Source: Escherichia phage NC-A
Direction: 5' to 3' (one strand)
Length of the DNA: 39,536 nt
Sequence record: MK310182
Shown here: positions 8,298 through 19,142 of the stretch, one piece after another
How positions within the stretch are numbered: the first letter of the stretch is position 1
Layout: every line of letters starts with the position of its first letter
The notes under the pieces: generated by a model
Database searches by the model: none
Told to the model about the DNA's origin: nothing
Seen by the model: only the letters and a program-made list of their open reading frames with translations
Position numbers and translations under genes: made by a program

Positions 8298-8600
8298 TGG
8301 GTTGCATAGCTTGCTTAGAGAAAGATGACCGTTACCCACATACGTGTCAACCTGTGGCTAAGCCACAAGCTATAGATGGCGTTCGTACTCCGAGCCATTA
8401 CATGCTGTTCGACGACATTGAGGCTATCGAAGTGATTGCCCGTTCAATGACTCGTGAGCAGTTCAAAGGCTATTGCTTCGGGAACATCTTAAAGTATCGC
8501 CTACGGGCTGGTAAGAAATCAGAACTGGCTTACTTAGAGAAGGATATGGCGAAGGCTTGGTTCTATGGTGAACTGTACGAGAAACATAAGGACAAGTGCT

Positions 8601-8611
<11 letters not shown>
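8297..8611 (+). CDS. 1.7: Gene 1.7-like protein, short form (104 aa)
   Basis: Contains CIACLEKDDRYPHTC and PSHYMLFDDIEAIEVIARSMT...KYRLRAGKK blocks of T7 gp1.7 (nucleotide kinase) but about 90 aa shorter than the 196-aa T7 protein I recall. Confidence 0.8.
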
Positions 8612-8916
<305 letters not shown>

Positions 8917-8919
<3 letters not shown>

Positions 8920-8939
8920 TACGACTCACTATTGGGAGA
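8917..8939 (+). promoter_or_regulatory. T7 promoter phi2.5
   Basis: TAATACGACTCACTATTGGGAGA. Confidence 0.85.
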
Positions 8940-8985
8940 AGACTCCCTATGAGAAACTAAACGAAACCTAAAGGAGATTAACATT

Positions 8986-9684
8986 ATGGCTAAGAAGATT
9001 TTCACCTCTGCGCTGGGTACCGCTGAACCTTACGCTTACATCGGTAAGCCGGACTACGGTAACGAAGAGCGTGGCTTTGGGAACCCTCGTGGTGTCTACA
9101 AAGTTGACCTGACTATTCCCAACAAAGACCCGCGCTGCCAGCGTATGGTCGATGAAATCGTGAAGTGCCACGAAGAGGCTTATTCTGCTGCCGTTGAGGA
9201 ATACGAAGCTAACCCGCCTGCTGTAGCTCGTGGTAAGAAACCGCTGAAACCGTATGAAGGTGACATGCCGTTCTTCGATAACGGTGACGGCACGACTACC
9301 TTTAAGTTCAAATGCTACGCGTCTTTCCAAGACAAGAAGACCAAAGAGACCAAGCACATAAATCTGGTTGTGGTTGACTCCAAAGGTAAGAAGCTGGAAG
9401 AAGTGCCGATTATCGGTGGCGGCTCTAAGCTGAAAGTCAAGTACTCTCTGGTCCCGTACAAGTGGAACACTGCTGTGGGTGCTAGCGTTAAGCTGCAACT
9501 GGAATCCGTAATGCTGGTCGAACTGGCTACCTTTGGTGGCGGCGAAGACGATTGGGCTGACGAAGTCGAAGAGAACGGCTATGTTGCCTCTGGTTCTGCC
9601 AAAGCGAGCAAACCACGCGACGAAGAAAGCTGGGACGAAGACGACGGTGAGTCCTACGAAGAAGACGAAGACGGAGACTTCTAA
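8986..9684 (+). CDS. 2.5: Gene 2.5 single-stranded DNA-binding protein (232 aa)
   Basis: MAKKIFTSALGTAEPYAYIGKPDYG... acidic C-terminal tail ending DGDF. Confidence 0.97.
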   Translation: MAKKIFTSALGTAEPYAYIGKPDYGNEERGFGNPRGVYKVDLTIPNKDPRCQRMVDEIVKCHEEAYSAAVEEYEANPPAVARGKKPLKPYEGDMPFFDNGDGTTTFKFKCYASFQDKKTKETKHINLVVVDSKGKKLEEVPIIGGGSKLKVKYSLVPYKWNTAVGASVKLQLESVMLVELATFGGGEDDWADEVEENGYVASGSAKASKPRDEESWDEDDGESYEEDEDGDF

Positions 9685-10140
9685 GTGGCTGGCGCATACG
9701 CTGCGCGTGGTATCCGAAAGGTCGGGACATTCCGTTCCGGCCTAGAAGATAAGGTCTCTAAGCAGCTAGAGGGTAAGGGCATCAAGTTCGACTATGAACT
9801 GTGGAAAATCCCTTACGTTGTCCCTGCGAGCAACCATGTGTATACTCCAGACTTCCTGCTGCCTAACGGAATCTTCATTGAAACCAAAGGTTTATGGGAG
9901 AGTGACGACCGAAAGAAACACTTATTGATTCGCGAACAGTTTCCCGAACTGGACATCCGTCTGGTGTTCTCAAGCTCGCGCACCAAGCTGTACAAAGGGT
10001 CTCCGACCAGTTACGGTGAATGGTGCGAGAAGCACGGTATCCTGTTTGCTGACAAATTAATTCCTGTGGAATGGCTCAAAGAACCTAAAAAGGAGGTGCC
10101 ATTTGACAAGCTGAAACAATCGAAGGGAGGAAAGAAATAA
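9685..10140 (+). CDS. 3: Gene 3 endonuclease I, Holliday-junction resolvase (151 aa), GTG start
   Basis: (M)AGAYAARGIRKVGTFRSGLEDKVSKQLEGKGIKF...PDFLLPNGIFIETKGLWESDDRKKHLL; GTG directly follows 2.5 stop. Confidence 0.9.
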   Translation: MAGAYAARGIRKVGTFRSGLEDKVSKQLEGKGIKFDYELWKIPYVVPASNHVYTPDFLLPNGIFIETKGLWESDDRKKHLLIREQFPELDIRLVFSSSRTKLYKGSPTSYGEWCEKHGILFADKLIPVEWLKEPKKEVPFDKLKQSKGGKK

Positions 10141-10595
10141 TGTCTCGTGTACAGTTTAAACAGCGTGAATCTACTGACGCAATCTTTGTCCACTGCTCTG
10201 CTACCAAGCCAAGTCAGAATGTAGGTGTACGAGAGATTCGCCAGTGGCACAAAGAGCAGGGCTGGTTGGACGTAGGCTATCACTTTATCATCAAGCGAGA
10301 TGGTACTGTAGAGGAAGGCCGAGATGAGATGGCTGTAGGCTCTCATGCTAAGGGCTACAACCACAACTCTATTGGTGTCTGCCTTGTAGGTGGTATCGAC
10401 GATAAAGGTAAGTTCGACGCTAACTTTACGCCAGCCCAGATGCAATCCCTTCGCTCACTGCTTGTCACACTTCTGGCTAAGTACGAAGGCGCTGTGCTTC
10501 GCGCCCATCACGATGTGGCACCTAAGGCTTGCCCATCGTTCGACCTTAAGCGTTGGTGGGAGAAGAACGAACTGGTCACTTCTGACCGTGGATAA
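10140..10595 (+). CDS. 3.5: Gene 3.5 lysozyme / N-acetylmuramoyl-L-alanine amidase, RNAP inhibitor (151 aa)
   Basis: MSRVQFKQRESTDAIFVHCSATKPSQNVGVREIRQWH... Confidence 0.97.
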   Translation: MSRVQFKQRESTDAIFVHCSATKPSQNVGVREIRQWHKEQGWLDVGYHFIIKRDGTVEEGRDEMAVGSHAKGYNHNSIGVCLVGGIDDKGKFDANFTPAQMQSLRSLLVTLLAKYEGAVLRAHHDVAPKACPSFDLKRWWEKNELVTSDRG

Positions 10596-10596
10596 T

Positions 10597-10619
10597 TAAT
10601 TGAACTCACTAAAGGGAGA
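10597..10619 (+). promoter_or_regulatory. T7 promoter phi3.8
   Basis: TAATTGAACTCACTAAAGGGAGA. Confidence 0.85.
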
Positions 10620-10655
10620 CCACAACGGTTTCCCTTTGTTCGCAATGGAGGTCAA
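10620..10655 (+). promoter_or_regulatory. RNase III site R3.8 region (approximate)
   Basis: CCACAACGGTTTCCCTTTGTTCGC leader downstream of phi3.8, same leader as phi10. Confidence 0.35.
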
Positions 10656-10658
10656 ATA

Positions 10659-12699
<2,041 letters not shown>

Positions 12700-12717
12700 C
12701 AGGATTCTTGACGATTT

Positions 12718-12740
12718 TAATACGACTCACTAAAGGAGAC
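12718..12740 (+). promoter_or_regulatory. T7 promoter phi4.3
   Basis: TAATACGACTCACTAAAGGAGAC. Confidence 0.9.
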
Positions 12741-12745
12741 ACATC

Positions 12746-12958
12746 ATGTTCAAACTGATTAAGAAGCTGGGCAAACTGCTGGTGCGCCTGTATAACGTGG
12801 AAGCTAAGCGCTTGAACGACGAGGCCCGTAATGAGGCCACACAGTCACGCGCTCTGGCTATTCGCTCAAATGAACTGGCTGACAGTGCATCCAATAAAGT
12901 TACCGAGGCCGCTCGTGTAGCCAGCCAAGCTCAACAACTTTCCAAATTCTTTGAGTAA
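12746..12958 (+). CDS. 4.3: Gene 4.3 protein (70 aa)
   Basis: MFKLIKKLGKLLVRLYNVEAKRLNDEARNEATQ... Confidence 0.9.
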   Translation: MFKLIKKLGKLLVRLYNVEAKRLNDEARNEATQSRALAIRSNELADSASNKVTEAARVASQAQQLSKFFE

Positions 12959-12977
12959 TCAAACAGGAGAAACCCTT

Positions 12978-13247
12978 ATGTCACAAGTAGCTGAAACTAT
13001 CCGTCTATCCGATACCGCTGACCAGTGGAACCGTCGAGTTCACATCAACGTTCGTAACGGTAAGGCGACTATGGTCTACCGTTGGAAGGACTCTAAGTCC
13101 TCTAAGAATCACACTCAGCGTATGACGTTGACAGATGAACAAGCACTGCGTCTGGTCAATGCGCTTACCAAAGCTGCCGTGACAGCAATCCACGAAGCTG
13201 GTCGCGTCAATGAAGCTATGGCTATTCTCGATAAGATTGATAGCTAA
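12978..13247 (+). CDS. 4.5: Gene 4.5 protein (89 aa)
   Basis: MSQVAETIRLSDTADQWNRRVHINVRNGKATMVYRW...; SD AGGAGA upstream; track ORF 12951 starts at an in-frame TTG. Confidence 0.9.
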   Translation: MSQVAETIRLSDTADQWNRRVHINVRNGKATMVYRWKDSKSSKNHTQRMTLTDEQALRLVNALTKAAVTAIHEAGRVNEAMAILDKIDS

Positions 13248-13295
13248 GAGTGGTATACTCAAGGCCGCCCAAGTGGTGGCCTTCATGAATATCAT
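13248..13295 (+). promoter_or_regulatory. RNase III site R4.7
   Basis: GTGGTATACTCAAGGCCGCCCAAGTGGTGGCCTTCATGAATATC. Confidence 0.6.
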
Positions 13296-13314
13296 TCGAC
13301 TCACTATAGGAGAT
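13292..13314 (+). promoter_or_regulatory. T7 promoter phi4.7
   Basis: TCATTCGACTCACTATAGGAGAT. Confidence 0.85.
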
Positions 13315-13320
13315 ATTATC

Positions 13321-13728
13321 ATGCGTGACCCTAAAGTTATCCAAGCAGAAATCGCTAAACTGGAAGCTGAATTGGAGGACGTTAAGTACCATGAAGCTAA
13401 GACTCGCTCCGCTGTTCACATCTTGAAGAACTTAGGCTGGACTTGGACAAGACAGACTGGCTGGAAGAAACCAGAAGTTACCAAGCTGAGCCATAAAGTG
13501 TTCGATAAGGACACAATGACCCACATCAAGGCTGGCGACTGGGTTAAGATTGACATGGGAGTTGTTGGCGGGTATGGCTACGTCCGCTCAGTGCGCGACA
13601 GATATGCACAAGTATCATATATCACTCGTGTCACACCACAAGGTGCAATCGTCGCTGATAAGATGCACTCGATTCACACAGGCTTCTTGACAGTTGTCTC
13701 GTATGAAGAGATTGTTAAGTCGCGATAA
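13321..13728 (+). CDS. 4.7: Gene 4.7 protein (135 aa)
   Basis: MRDPKVIQAEIAKLEAELEDVKYHEAKTRSAVHILK...; track ORF 13210 is an upstream extension through the promoter. Confidence 0.9.
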   Translation: MRDPKVIQAEIAKLEAELEDVKYHEAKTRSAVHILKNLGWTWTRQTGWKKPEVTKLSHKVFDKDTMTHIKAGDWVKIDMGVVGGYGYVRSVRDRYAQVSYITRVTPQGAIVADKMHSIHTGFLTVVSYEEIVKSR

Positions 13729-13746
13729 TAAACAGGAGAAATCAAT

Positions 13747-15861
13747 ATGATCGTTTCTGACATCGAAGCTAACGCCCTCTTAGAGAGCGTCACTAAGTTC
13801 CACTGCGGGGTTATCTACGACTACTCCACCGCTGAGTACGTAAGCTACCGTCCGAGTGACTTCGGTGCGTATCTGGATGCGCTGGAAGCCGAGGTTGCAC
13901 GAGGCGGTCTTATTGTGTTCCACAACGGTCACAAGTATGACGTTCCCGCATTGACCAAACTGGCAAAGCTGCAATTGAACAGAGAGTTCCACCTTCCTCG
14001 TGAGAACTGTATTGACACCCTTGTGCTGTCACGACTGATTCACTCCAACCTAAAGGACACCGATATGGGTCTACTGCGTTCCGGTAAGTTACCCGGCAAA
14101 CGCTTTGGGTCTCACGCTTTGGAGGCGTGGGGCTATCGCTTAGGCGAGATGAAGGGTGAATATAAAGACGACTTTAAGCGTATGCTTGAAGAGCAAGGCG
14201 AAGAATACGTTGACGGAATGGAGTGGTGGAACTTCAACGAAGAGATGATGGCCTATAACGTTCAGGACGTTGTGGTCACTAAGGCTCTCCTTGAGAAGCT
14301 ATTCTCTGACAAACATTACTTCCCTCCTGAGATTGACTTTACGGACGTAGGATACACTACGTTCTGGTCAGAATCCCTTGAGGCCGTTGACGTTGAACAT
14401 CGTGCTGCATGGCTTCTCGCTAAACAAGAGCGCAATGGGTTCCCGTTTGACACGAAAGCAATCGAAGAGTTGTACGTAGAGTTGGCTGCTCGCCGCTCTG
14501 AGTTGCTCCGTAAATTGACAGAAACGTTTGGCTCGTGGTATCAACCTAAAGGTGGCACCGAAATGTTCTGCCATCCGAGGACTGGTAAACCACTACCAAA
14601 ATACCCTCGCATTAAGATACCTAAAGTTGGTGGTATCTTTAAGAAGCCTAAGAATAAGGCACAGCGAGAGGGCCGCGAGCCTTGCGAACTTGATACCCGC
14701 GAGTACGTTGCTGGTTCTCCCTACACACCTGTAGAGCACGTAGTGTTTAACCCATCGTCTCGTGACCACATCCAGAAGAAACTACAAGAGGCTGGATGGG
14801 TCCCAACGAAGTACACCGATAAGGGTGCTCCTGTGGTGGACGATGAGGTACTCGAAGGAGTTCGTGTAGACGACCCTGAGAAGCAAGCCGCTATTGACCT
14901 CATTAAAGAGTACTTGATGATTCAGAAGCGAATCGGACAGGCGGCAGAAGGAGACAAAGCGTGGTTACATTATGTTCAAGATGATGGTAAGATTCATGGA
15001 GCCGTTAACCCAAACGGTGCTGTTACTGGTCGTGCTACTCATAGTTTCCCAAACCTTGCACAAATACCCGGTGTTCGTTCTCCTTACGGGGAGCAGTGTC
15101 GTGCTGCTTTTGGTGCTGAACATCATTTGGACGGTGTTACAGGCAAGCCGTGGGTACAAGCGGGGATAGACGCCAGCGGCTTAGAGTTGCGCTGCTTGGC
15201 CCACTTCATGGCTCGCTTTGACAACGGTGAGTATGCTCACGAGATTCTCAATGGTGACATTCACACTAAGAACCAGATAGCTGCCGAATTGCCGACCCGT
15301 GATAACGCTAAGACGTTTATCTATGGGTTCCTCTATGGTGCTGGTGATGAGAAGATTGGACAGATTGTAGGTGCTGGTAAAGAACGCGGTAAGGAACTCA
15401 AGAAGAAATTCCTTGAGAACACCCCAGCGATTGCAGCACTCCGTGAGTCTATCCAACAAACACTTGTTGAGTCCTCTCAGTGGGTAGCTGGTGAACAGCA
15501 AGTCAAGTGGAAACGCCGCTGGATTAAAGGTCTGGATGGTCGTAAGGTACACGTTCGTAGTCCTCATGCTGCATTGAATACCCTGCTACAATCCGCTGGT
15601 GCTCTCATCTGCAAACTGTGGATTATCAAGACCGAAGAGATGCTCGTAGAGAAAGGCTTGAAGCATGGCTGGGATGGGGACTTTGCGTACATGGCGTGGG
15701 TACATGACGAAATCCAAGTAGGTTGTCGTACCAAAGAGATTGCTCAGGTGGTCATTGAGACCGCACAAGAAGCAATGCGCTGGGTTGGAGACCACTGGAA
15801 CTTCCGGTGTCTTCTGGATACCGAAGGTAAGATGGGTCCTAACTGGGCCGTATGCCACTAA
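13747..15861 (+). CDS. 5: Gene 5 DNA polymerase (704 aa)
   Basis: [44 protein letters not shown]... exonuclease and polymerase motifs; same length as T7 gp5. Confidence 0.99.
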   Translation: MIVSDIEANALLESVTKFHCGVIYDYSTAEYVSYRPSDFGAYLDALEAEVARGGLIVFHNGHKYDVPALTKLAKLQLNREFHLPRENCIDTLVLSRLIHSNLKDTDMGLLRSGKLPGKRFGSHALEAWGYRLGEMKGEYKDDFKRMLEEQGEEYVDGMEWWNFNEEMMAYNVQDVVVTKALLEKLFSDKHYFPPEIDFTDVGYTTFWSESLEAVDVEHRAAWLLAKQERNGFPFDTKAIEELYVELAARRSELLRKLTETFGSWYQPKGGTEMFCHPRTGKPLPKYPRIKIPKVGGIFKKPKNKAQREGREPCELDTREYVAGSPYTPVEHVVFNPSSRDHIQKKLQEAGWVPTKYTDKGAPVVDDEVLEGVRVDDPEKQAAIDLIKEYLMIQKRIGQAAEGDKAWLHYVQDDGKIHGAVNPNGAVTGRATHSFPNLAQIPGVRSPYGEQCRAAFGAEHHLDGVTGKPWVQAGIDASGLELRCLAHFMARFDNGEYAHEILNGDIHTKNQIAAELPTRDNAKTFIYGFLYGAGDEKIGQIVGAGKERGKELKKKFLENTPAIAALRESIQQTLVESSQWVAGEQQVKWKRRWIKGLDGRKVHVRSPHAALNTLLQSAGALICKLWIIKTEEMLVEKGLKHGWDGDFAYMAWVHDEIQVGCRTKEIAQVVIETAQEAMRWVGDHWNFRCLLDTEGKMGPNWAVCH

Positions 15862-15882
15862 TTCTATAGGAGAGAGATAGTT

Positions 15883-16113
15883 ATGGCTACTTGGAAATAT
15901 AGGATAGTTGAACTTGAATACACAGATGGTACTGTTCTGTATTTTCCACAGTTCCGGCACAAGTGGTTTCCATTCTGGAGCTACTTTTGTAGCTATGTAA
16001 ACGAGCGACGACTTGTGTTTACAGACATCGAAGGTGCTAAACGGTTTCTTAGAGAAACACGCGCTAATGATGAACCAGAAGTTAAGAAAGTAAGAAACAT
16101 CCATTCATTCTAA
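15883..16113 (+). CDS. Hypothetical small protein in the gene 5.3 position (76 aa)
   Basis: ATG with SD GGAGAG 8 nt upstream; MATWKYRIVELEYTDGTVLYFPQFRHKWFPFWSYF...; Trp/Phe-rich, AT-rich with rare codons; no domain recognised. Confidence 0.65.
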   Translation: MATWKYRIVELEYTDGTVLYFPQFRHKWFPFWSYFCSYVNERRLVFTDIEGAKRFLRETRANDEPEVKKVRNIHSF

Positions 16114-16126
16114 AGGAGAAATCATT

Positions 16127-16426
16127 ATGGCTATGACCAAGAAATTTAAAGTGTCCTTCGACGTTACCGCTAAGATGCCGTCTGACGTTCAGGCAATCAT
16201 CGAGAAAGACATGCTGCACCTGTGTAAGCAGGTTGGCTCCGGTGCTATTGTCCCAGATGGTAAACAGAAGGAAATGATTGTCCAGTTCCTGACACACGGT
16301 ATGGAGGGTGTGATGGCGTTCGTGGTGCGCACGTCGTTTCGTGAGGCCATTAAGGACATGCACGAAGAGTATTCCGATAAGGACTGCTTCAAGCTATCTC
16401 CTGCAACTGTACGGGAGGTGTTCTGA
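16127..16426 (+). CDS. 5.5: Gene 5.5 protein (99 aa; H-NS-binding in T7)
   Basis: MAMTKKFKVSFDVTAKMPSDVQAIIEKDMLHLCKQVGSG... Confidence 0.93.
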   Translation: MAMTKKFKVSFDVTAKMPSDVQAIIEKDMLHLCKQVGSGAIVPDGKQKEMIVQFLTHGMEGVMAFVVRTSFREAIKDMHEEYSDKDCFKLSPATVREVF

Positions 16427-16635
16427 TGTCTGACTACCTGAAAGTGCTGCAAGCAATCAAAGGTTGCCCTAAGACTTTCCAGTCCAACTATGTGCGTAAC
16501 AATGCGAGCCTCGTAGCGGAGGCCGCTTCCCGTGGTCATATCTCGTGCCTGACTACTAGTGGACGTAACGGTGGCGCTTGGGAAATTACCGCTTCCGGTA
16601 CTCGCTTTCTGAAACGAATGGGAGGTTGTGTCTAA
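16426..16635 (+). CDS. 5.7: Gene 5.7 protein (69 aa)
   Basis: MSDYLKVLQAIKGCPKTFQSNYVRNNASLVAEAASRGH...; ATG overlaps 5.5 stop. Confidence 0.9.
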   Translation: MSDYLKVLQAIKGCPKTFQSNYVRNNASLVAEAASRGHISCLTTSGRNGGAWEITASGTRFLKRMGGCV

Positions 16636-16793
16636 TGTCTCGTGAACTTGTGACTATTCCGCGCGATGTGTGGAACGATATGCAGGGCTACATCGACTCT
16701 CTGGAACGTGAGAACGATAGCCTTAAGAATCAACTGATGGAAGCTGATGAATACGTGGCTGAGCTAGAGGAGAAACTTAATGGCGCTTCTTGA
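16635..16793 (+). CDS. 5.9: Gene 5.9 RecBCD inhibitor (52 aa)
   Basis: MSRELVTIPRDVWNDMQGYIDSLERENDSLKNQLMEADEYVAELEEKLNGAS; acidic, helical; track ORF 16578 is an upstream extension. Confidence 0.88.
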   Translation: MSRELVTIPRDVWNDMQGYIDSLERENDSLKNQLMEADEYVAELEEKLNGAS

Positions 16794-17682
16794 CCTTAAA
16801 CAGTTCTATGAGTTACGTGAAGGCTGTGACGACAAGGGTATCCTCGTGATGGACGGCGACTGGCTGGTCTTCCAAGCGATGAGTGCTGCTGAGTTTGATG
16901 CCTCTTGGGAGGAGGAGATTTGGCACCGCTGCTGCGACCACGCTAAGGCCCGTCAGGTTCTTGAGGATTCCATCAAGTCCTATGAGACCCGTAAGAAGGC
17001 TTGGGTAGGTGCTCCGATTGTCCTTGCGTTCACCGATAGTGTCAACTGGCGCAAAGAACTGGTGGACCCGAACTACAAGGCTAACCGTAAGGCCACGAAG
17101 AAACCTGTAGGTTACTTTGAGTTCCTTGATGCTCTCTTTGAGCGTGAAGAGTTCTATTGCATCCGTGAGCCTATGCTTGAAGGCGATGACGTTATGGGAG
17201 TTATTGCTTCCAATCCGTCTGCATTCGGTGCCCGTAAAGCTGTAATCATCTCGTGCGATAAGGACTTTAAGACCATCCCTAACTGTGACTTCCTGTGGTG
17301 TACCACTGGTAACATCCTGACTCAGACCGAAGAGTCCGCTGACTGGTGGCACCTCTTCCAGACCATCAAGGGTGACATCACCGATGGTTACTCAGGGATT
17401 GCTGGGTGGGGTGATACTGCCGAGGACTTCTTGAATAACCCGTTCATTACCGAGCCTAAAACGTCTGTGCTTAAGTCTGGGAAGAACAAAGGCCAAGAGG
17501 TAACTAAGTGGGTTAAACGCGAACCTGAGCCTCATGAGACGCTTTGGGACTGCATTAAGTCCATTGGCGCTAAGGCTGGTATGACCGAAGAGGATGTTAT
17601 CAAACAGGGCCAGATGGCTCGCATCCTACGGTTCAATGAGTACAACTTTATTGACAAGGAGATTTACCTGTGGAGACCGTAG
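16780..17682 (+). CDS. 6: Gene 6 5'-3' exonuclease (300 aa)
   Basis: MALLDLKQFYELREGCDDKGILVMDGDWLVFQAMSA... FEN-type nuclease. Confidence 0.97.
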   Translation: MALLDLKQFYELREGCDDKGILVMDGDWLVFQAMSAAEFDASWEEEIWHRCCDHAKARQVLEDSIKSYETRKKAWVGAPIVLAFTDSVNWRKELVDPNYKANRKATKKPVGYFEFLDALFEREEFYCIREPMLEGDDVMGVIASNPSAFGARKAVIISCDKDFKTIPNCDFLWCTTGNILTQTEESADWWHLFQTIKGDITDGYSGIAGWGDTAEDFLNNPFITEPKTSVLKSGKNKGQEVTKWVKREPEPHETLWDCIKSIGAKAGMTEEDVIKQGQMARILRFNEYNFIDKEIYLWRP

Positions 17683-17783
17683 CGTATATTGGCATTGGTC
17701 TTTGTGTTCTCGGAATGGGCCTCATTGCGTGGGGCCTTTGGGACTTAGCCCGAATAATCAAGTCGTTACACGACACTAAGTGA
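17670..17783 (+). CDS. 6.3: Gene 6.3 small hydrophobic protein (37 aa), GTG start overlapping gene 6 end
   Basis: (M)ETVAYIGIGLCVLGMGLIAWGLWDLARIIKSLHDTK; 114 bp as in T7. Confidence 0.6.
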   Translation: METVAYIGIGLCVLGMGLIAWGLWDLARIIKSLHDTK

Positions 17784-17785
17784 TA

Positions 17786-17845
17786 AACTCAAGGTCCCTA
17801 AATTAATACGACTCACTATAGGGAGATAGGGGCCTTTATGATTAT
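17786..17845 (+). promoter_or_regulatory. RNase III site R6.5 enclosing promoter phi6.5
   Basis: ACTCAAGGTCCC...GGGGCCTTTATGATTATT hairpin arms flank the promoter. Confidence 0.6.
17804..17826 (+). promoter_or_regulatory. T7 promoter phi6.5
   Basis: TAATACGACTCACTATAGGGAGA exact consensus. Confidence 0.95.
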
Positions 17846-17880
17846 TACTTTAAGATTTAACTCTAAGAGGAATCTTTATC

Positions 17881-18135
17881 ATGTTAACACCTATTAGCCA
17901 ATTACTTAAGAACCCTAACGATATTCCAGACGTGCCCCGTGCAACCGCTGAGTATCTACAGGTTCGATTCAACTATGCGTACCTCGAAGCGTCTGGTCAT
18001 ATAGGACTTATGCGTGCTAATGGTTGTAGTGAGGCCCACATCTTGGGTTTCATTCAAGGCCTACAGTATGCCTCTAACGTCATTGACGAGATTGATGTGC
18101 GCAAGGAACAACTAAGAGAAGATGGGGAGGATTGA
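17881..18135 (+). CDS. 6.5: Gene 6.5 protein (84 aa)
   Basis: [39 protein letters not shown]... Confidence 0.9.
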   Translation: MLTPISQLLKNPNDIPDVPRATAEYLQVRFNYAYLEASGHIGLMRANGCSEAHILGFIQGLQYASNVIDEIDVRKEQLREDGED

Positions 18136-18139
18136 CCTT

Positions 18140-18406
18140 ATGTGTTTCTCACCGAAAGTTAAAGTTCCGAAGATGGATACCAATCAGGTTCGAGCCGTTG
18201 AGCCAGCACCTCTGACCCAAGAAGTGTCAGGTGTGGAGTTCGGTGGGTCCTCTGATGAGACGGATATCGAGGGCACCGAAGTGTCTGGACGCAAAGACCT
18301 CAAGGTCGAACGCGATGATTCCGTAGCGAAGTCTAAAGCCGCTGGTACTGGCTCAGCTCGTATGAAGTCTTCAATCCGTAAGTCCGCATTCGGAGGTAAG
18401 AAGTAA
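18140..18406 (+). CDS. 6.7: Gene 6.7 small virion protein (88 aa)
   Basis: MCFSPKVKVPKMDTNQVRAVEPAPLTQEV...; SD GGAGG 9 nt upstream; track ORF 18122 is an upstream extension. Confidence 0.88.
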   Translation: MCFSPKVKVPKMDTNQVRAVEPAPLTQEVSGVEFGGSSDETDIEGTEVSGRKDLKVERDDSVAKSKAAGTGSARMKSSIRKSAFGGKK

Positions 18407-18807
18407 TGTCTGAGTTCACATGTGTGGAAGCCAAAAGCCGCTTCCGTGCAATCCGGTGGACTGTAGAGCACCTTGGGTTGCCTAAGGGATTCGAAGGACA
18501 CTTTATTGGTTACAGCCTCTACGTTGACGAAGTTATGGACATGTCTGGTTGTCGTGAAGAGTACATTCTGGACTCTACCGGAAAACATGTAGCGTACTTC
18601 GCGTGGTGCGTAAGCTGTGACATTCACCACAAAGGTGACATTCTGGATGTAACGTCCGTTGTCATTAATCCTGAGGCAGACTCTAAAGGCTTACAGCGAT
18701 TCCTTGCGAAACGCTTTAAGTACCTTGCAGAACTCCACGATTGCGATTGGGTGTCCCGCTGTAAACACGAAGGCGAGACAATGCGTGTATACTTTAAGGA
18801 GGTATAA
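18406..18807 (+). CDS. 7: Gene 7 protein (133 aa)
   Basis: MSEFTCVEAKSRFRAIRWTVEHLGLPKGFEGHFIGYS...; same length as T7 gp7. Confidence 0.9.
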   Translation: MSEFTCVEAKSRFRAIRWTVEHLGLPKGFEGHFIGYSLYVDEVMDMSGCREEYILDSTGKHVAYFAWCVSCDIHHKGDILDVTSVVINPEADSKGLQRFLAKRFKYLAELHDCDWVSRCKHEGETMRVYFKEV

Positions 18808-18810
18808 GTT

Positions 18811-19128
18811 ATGGGTAAGAAAATTAAGAAGGCCGTGAAGAAAGTCACAAAGCCAGTTACGAAAGCCGTGAAGAAAGTTACCGAGGAAGTGGCTCGTCCG
18901 GTTAAACAGGTTGCTGGTGCGCTGGCAGGTGGTGCTGGTGAAGCACAAGTAGTGGAAGTGCCACAGGCTGCTGCTGCAACTCCCGCTGCACAGATTGTTG
19001 ACGTTCCTGAGAAAGAGGTTACAACTGAGGATGAAGCACAGACCGAAAGCGGACGTAAGAAAGCTCGAGCTGGTGGCAAGAAGTCCTTGAGTGTGGCTCG
19101 TAGCTCCGGTGGCGGCATCAACATTTAA
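18811..19128 (+). CDS. 7.3: Gene 7.3 tail-associated protein (105 aa)
   Basis: MGKKIKKAVKKVTKPVTKAVKKVTEEVARPVKQVAG... Lys-rich repeats, Ala/Gly-rich centre. Confidence 0.9.
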   Translation: MGKKIKKAVKKVTKPVTKAVKKVTEEVARPVKQVAGALAGGAGEAQVVEVPQAAAATPAAQIVDVPEKEVTTEDEAQTESGRKKARAGGKKSLSVARSSGGGINI

Positions 19129-19142
19129 TCAGGAGGTGACAC

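Noticed and set aside
15853-15875. T7-promoter-like CTATAGGAGAGAGA ahead of the 76-aa ORF
   Set aside because: Only the -5 to +1 core matches the 23-bp consensus; the -17 to -6 specificity region does not, so this is more likely just the SD region.
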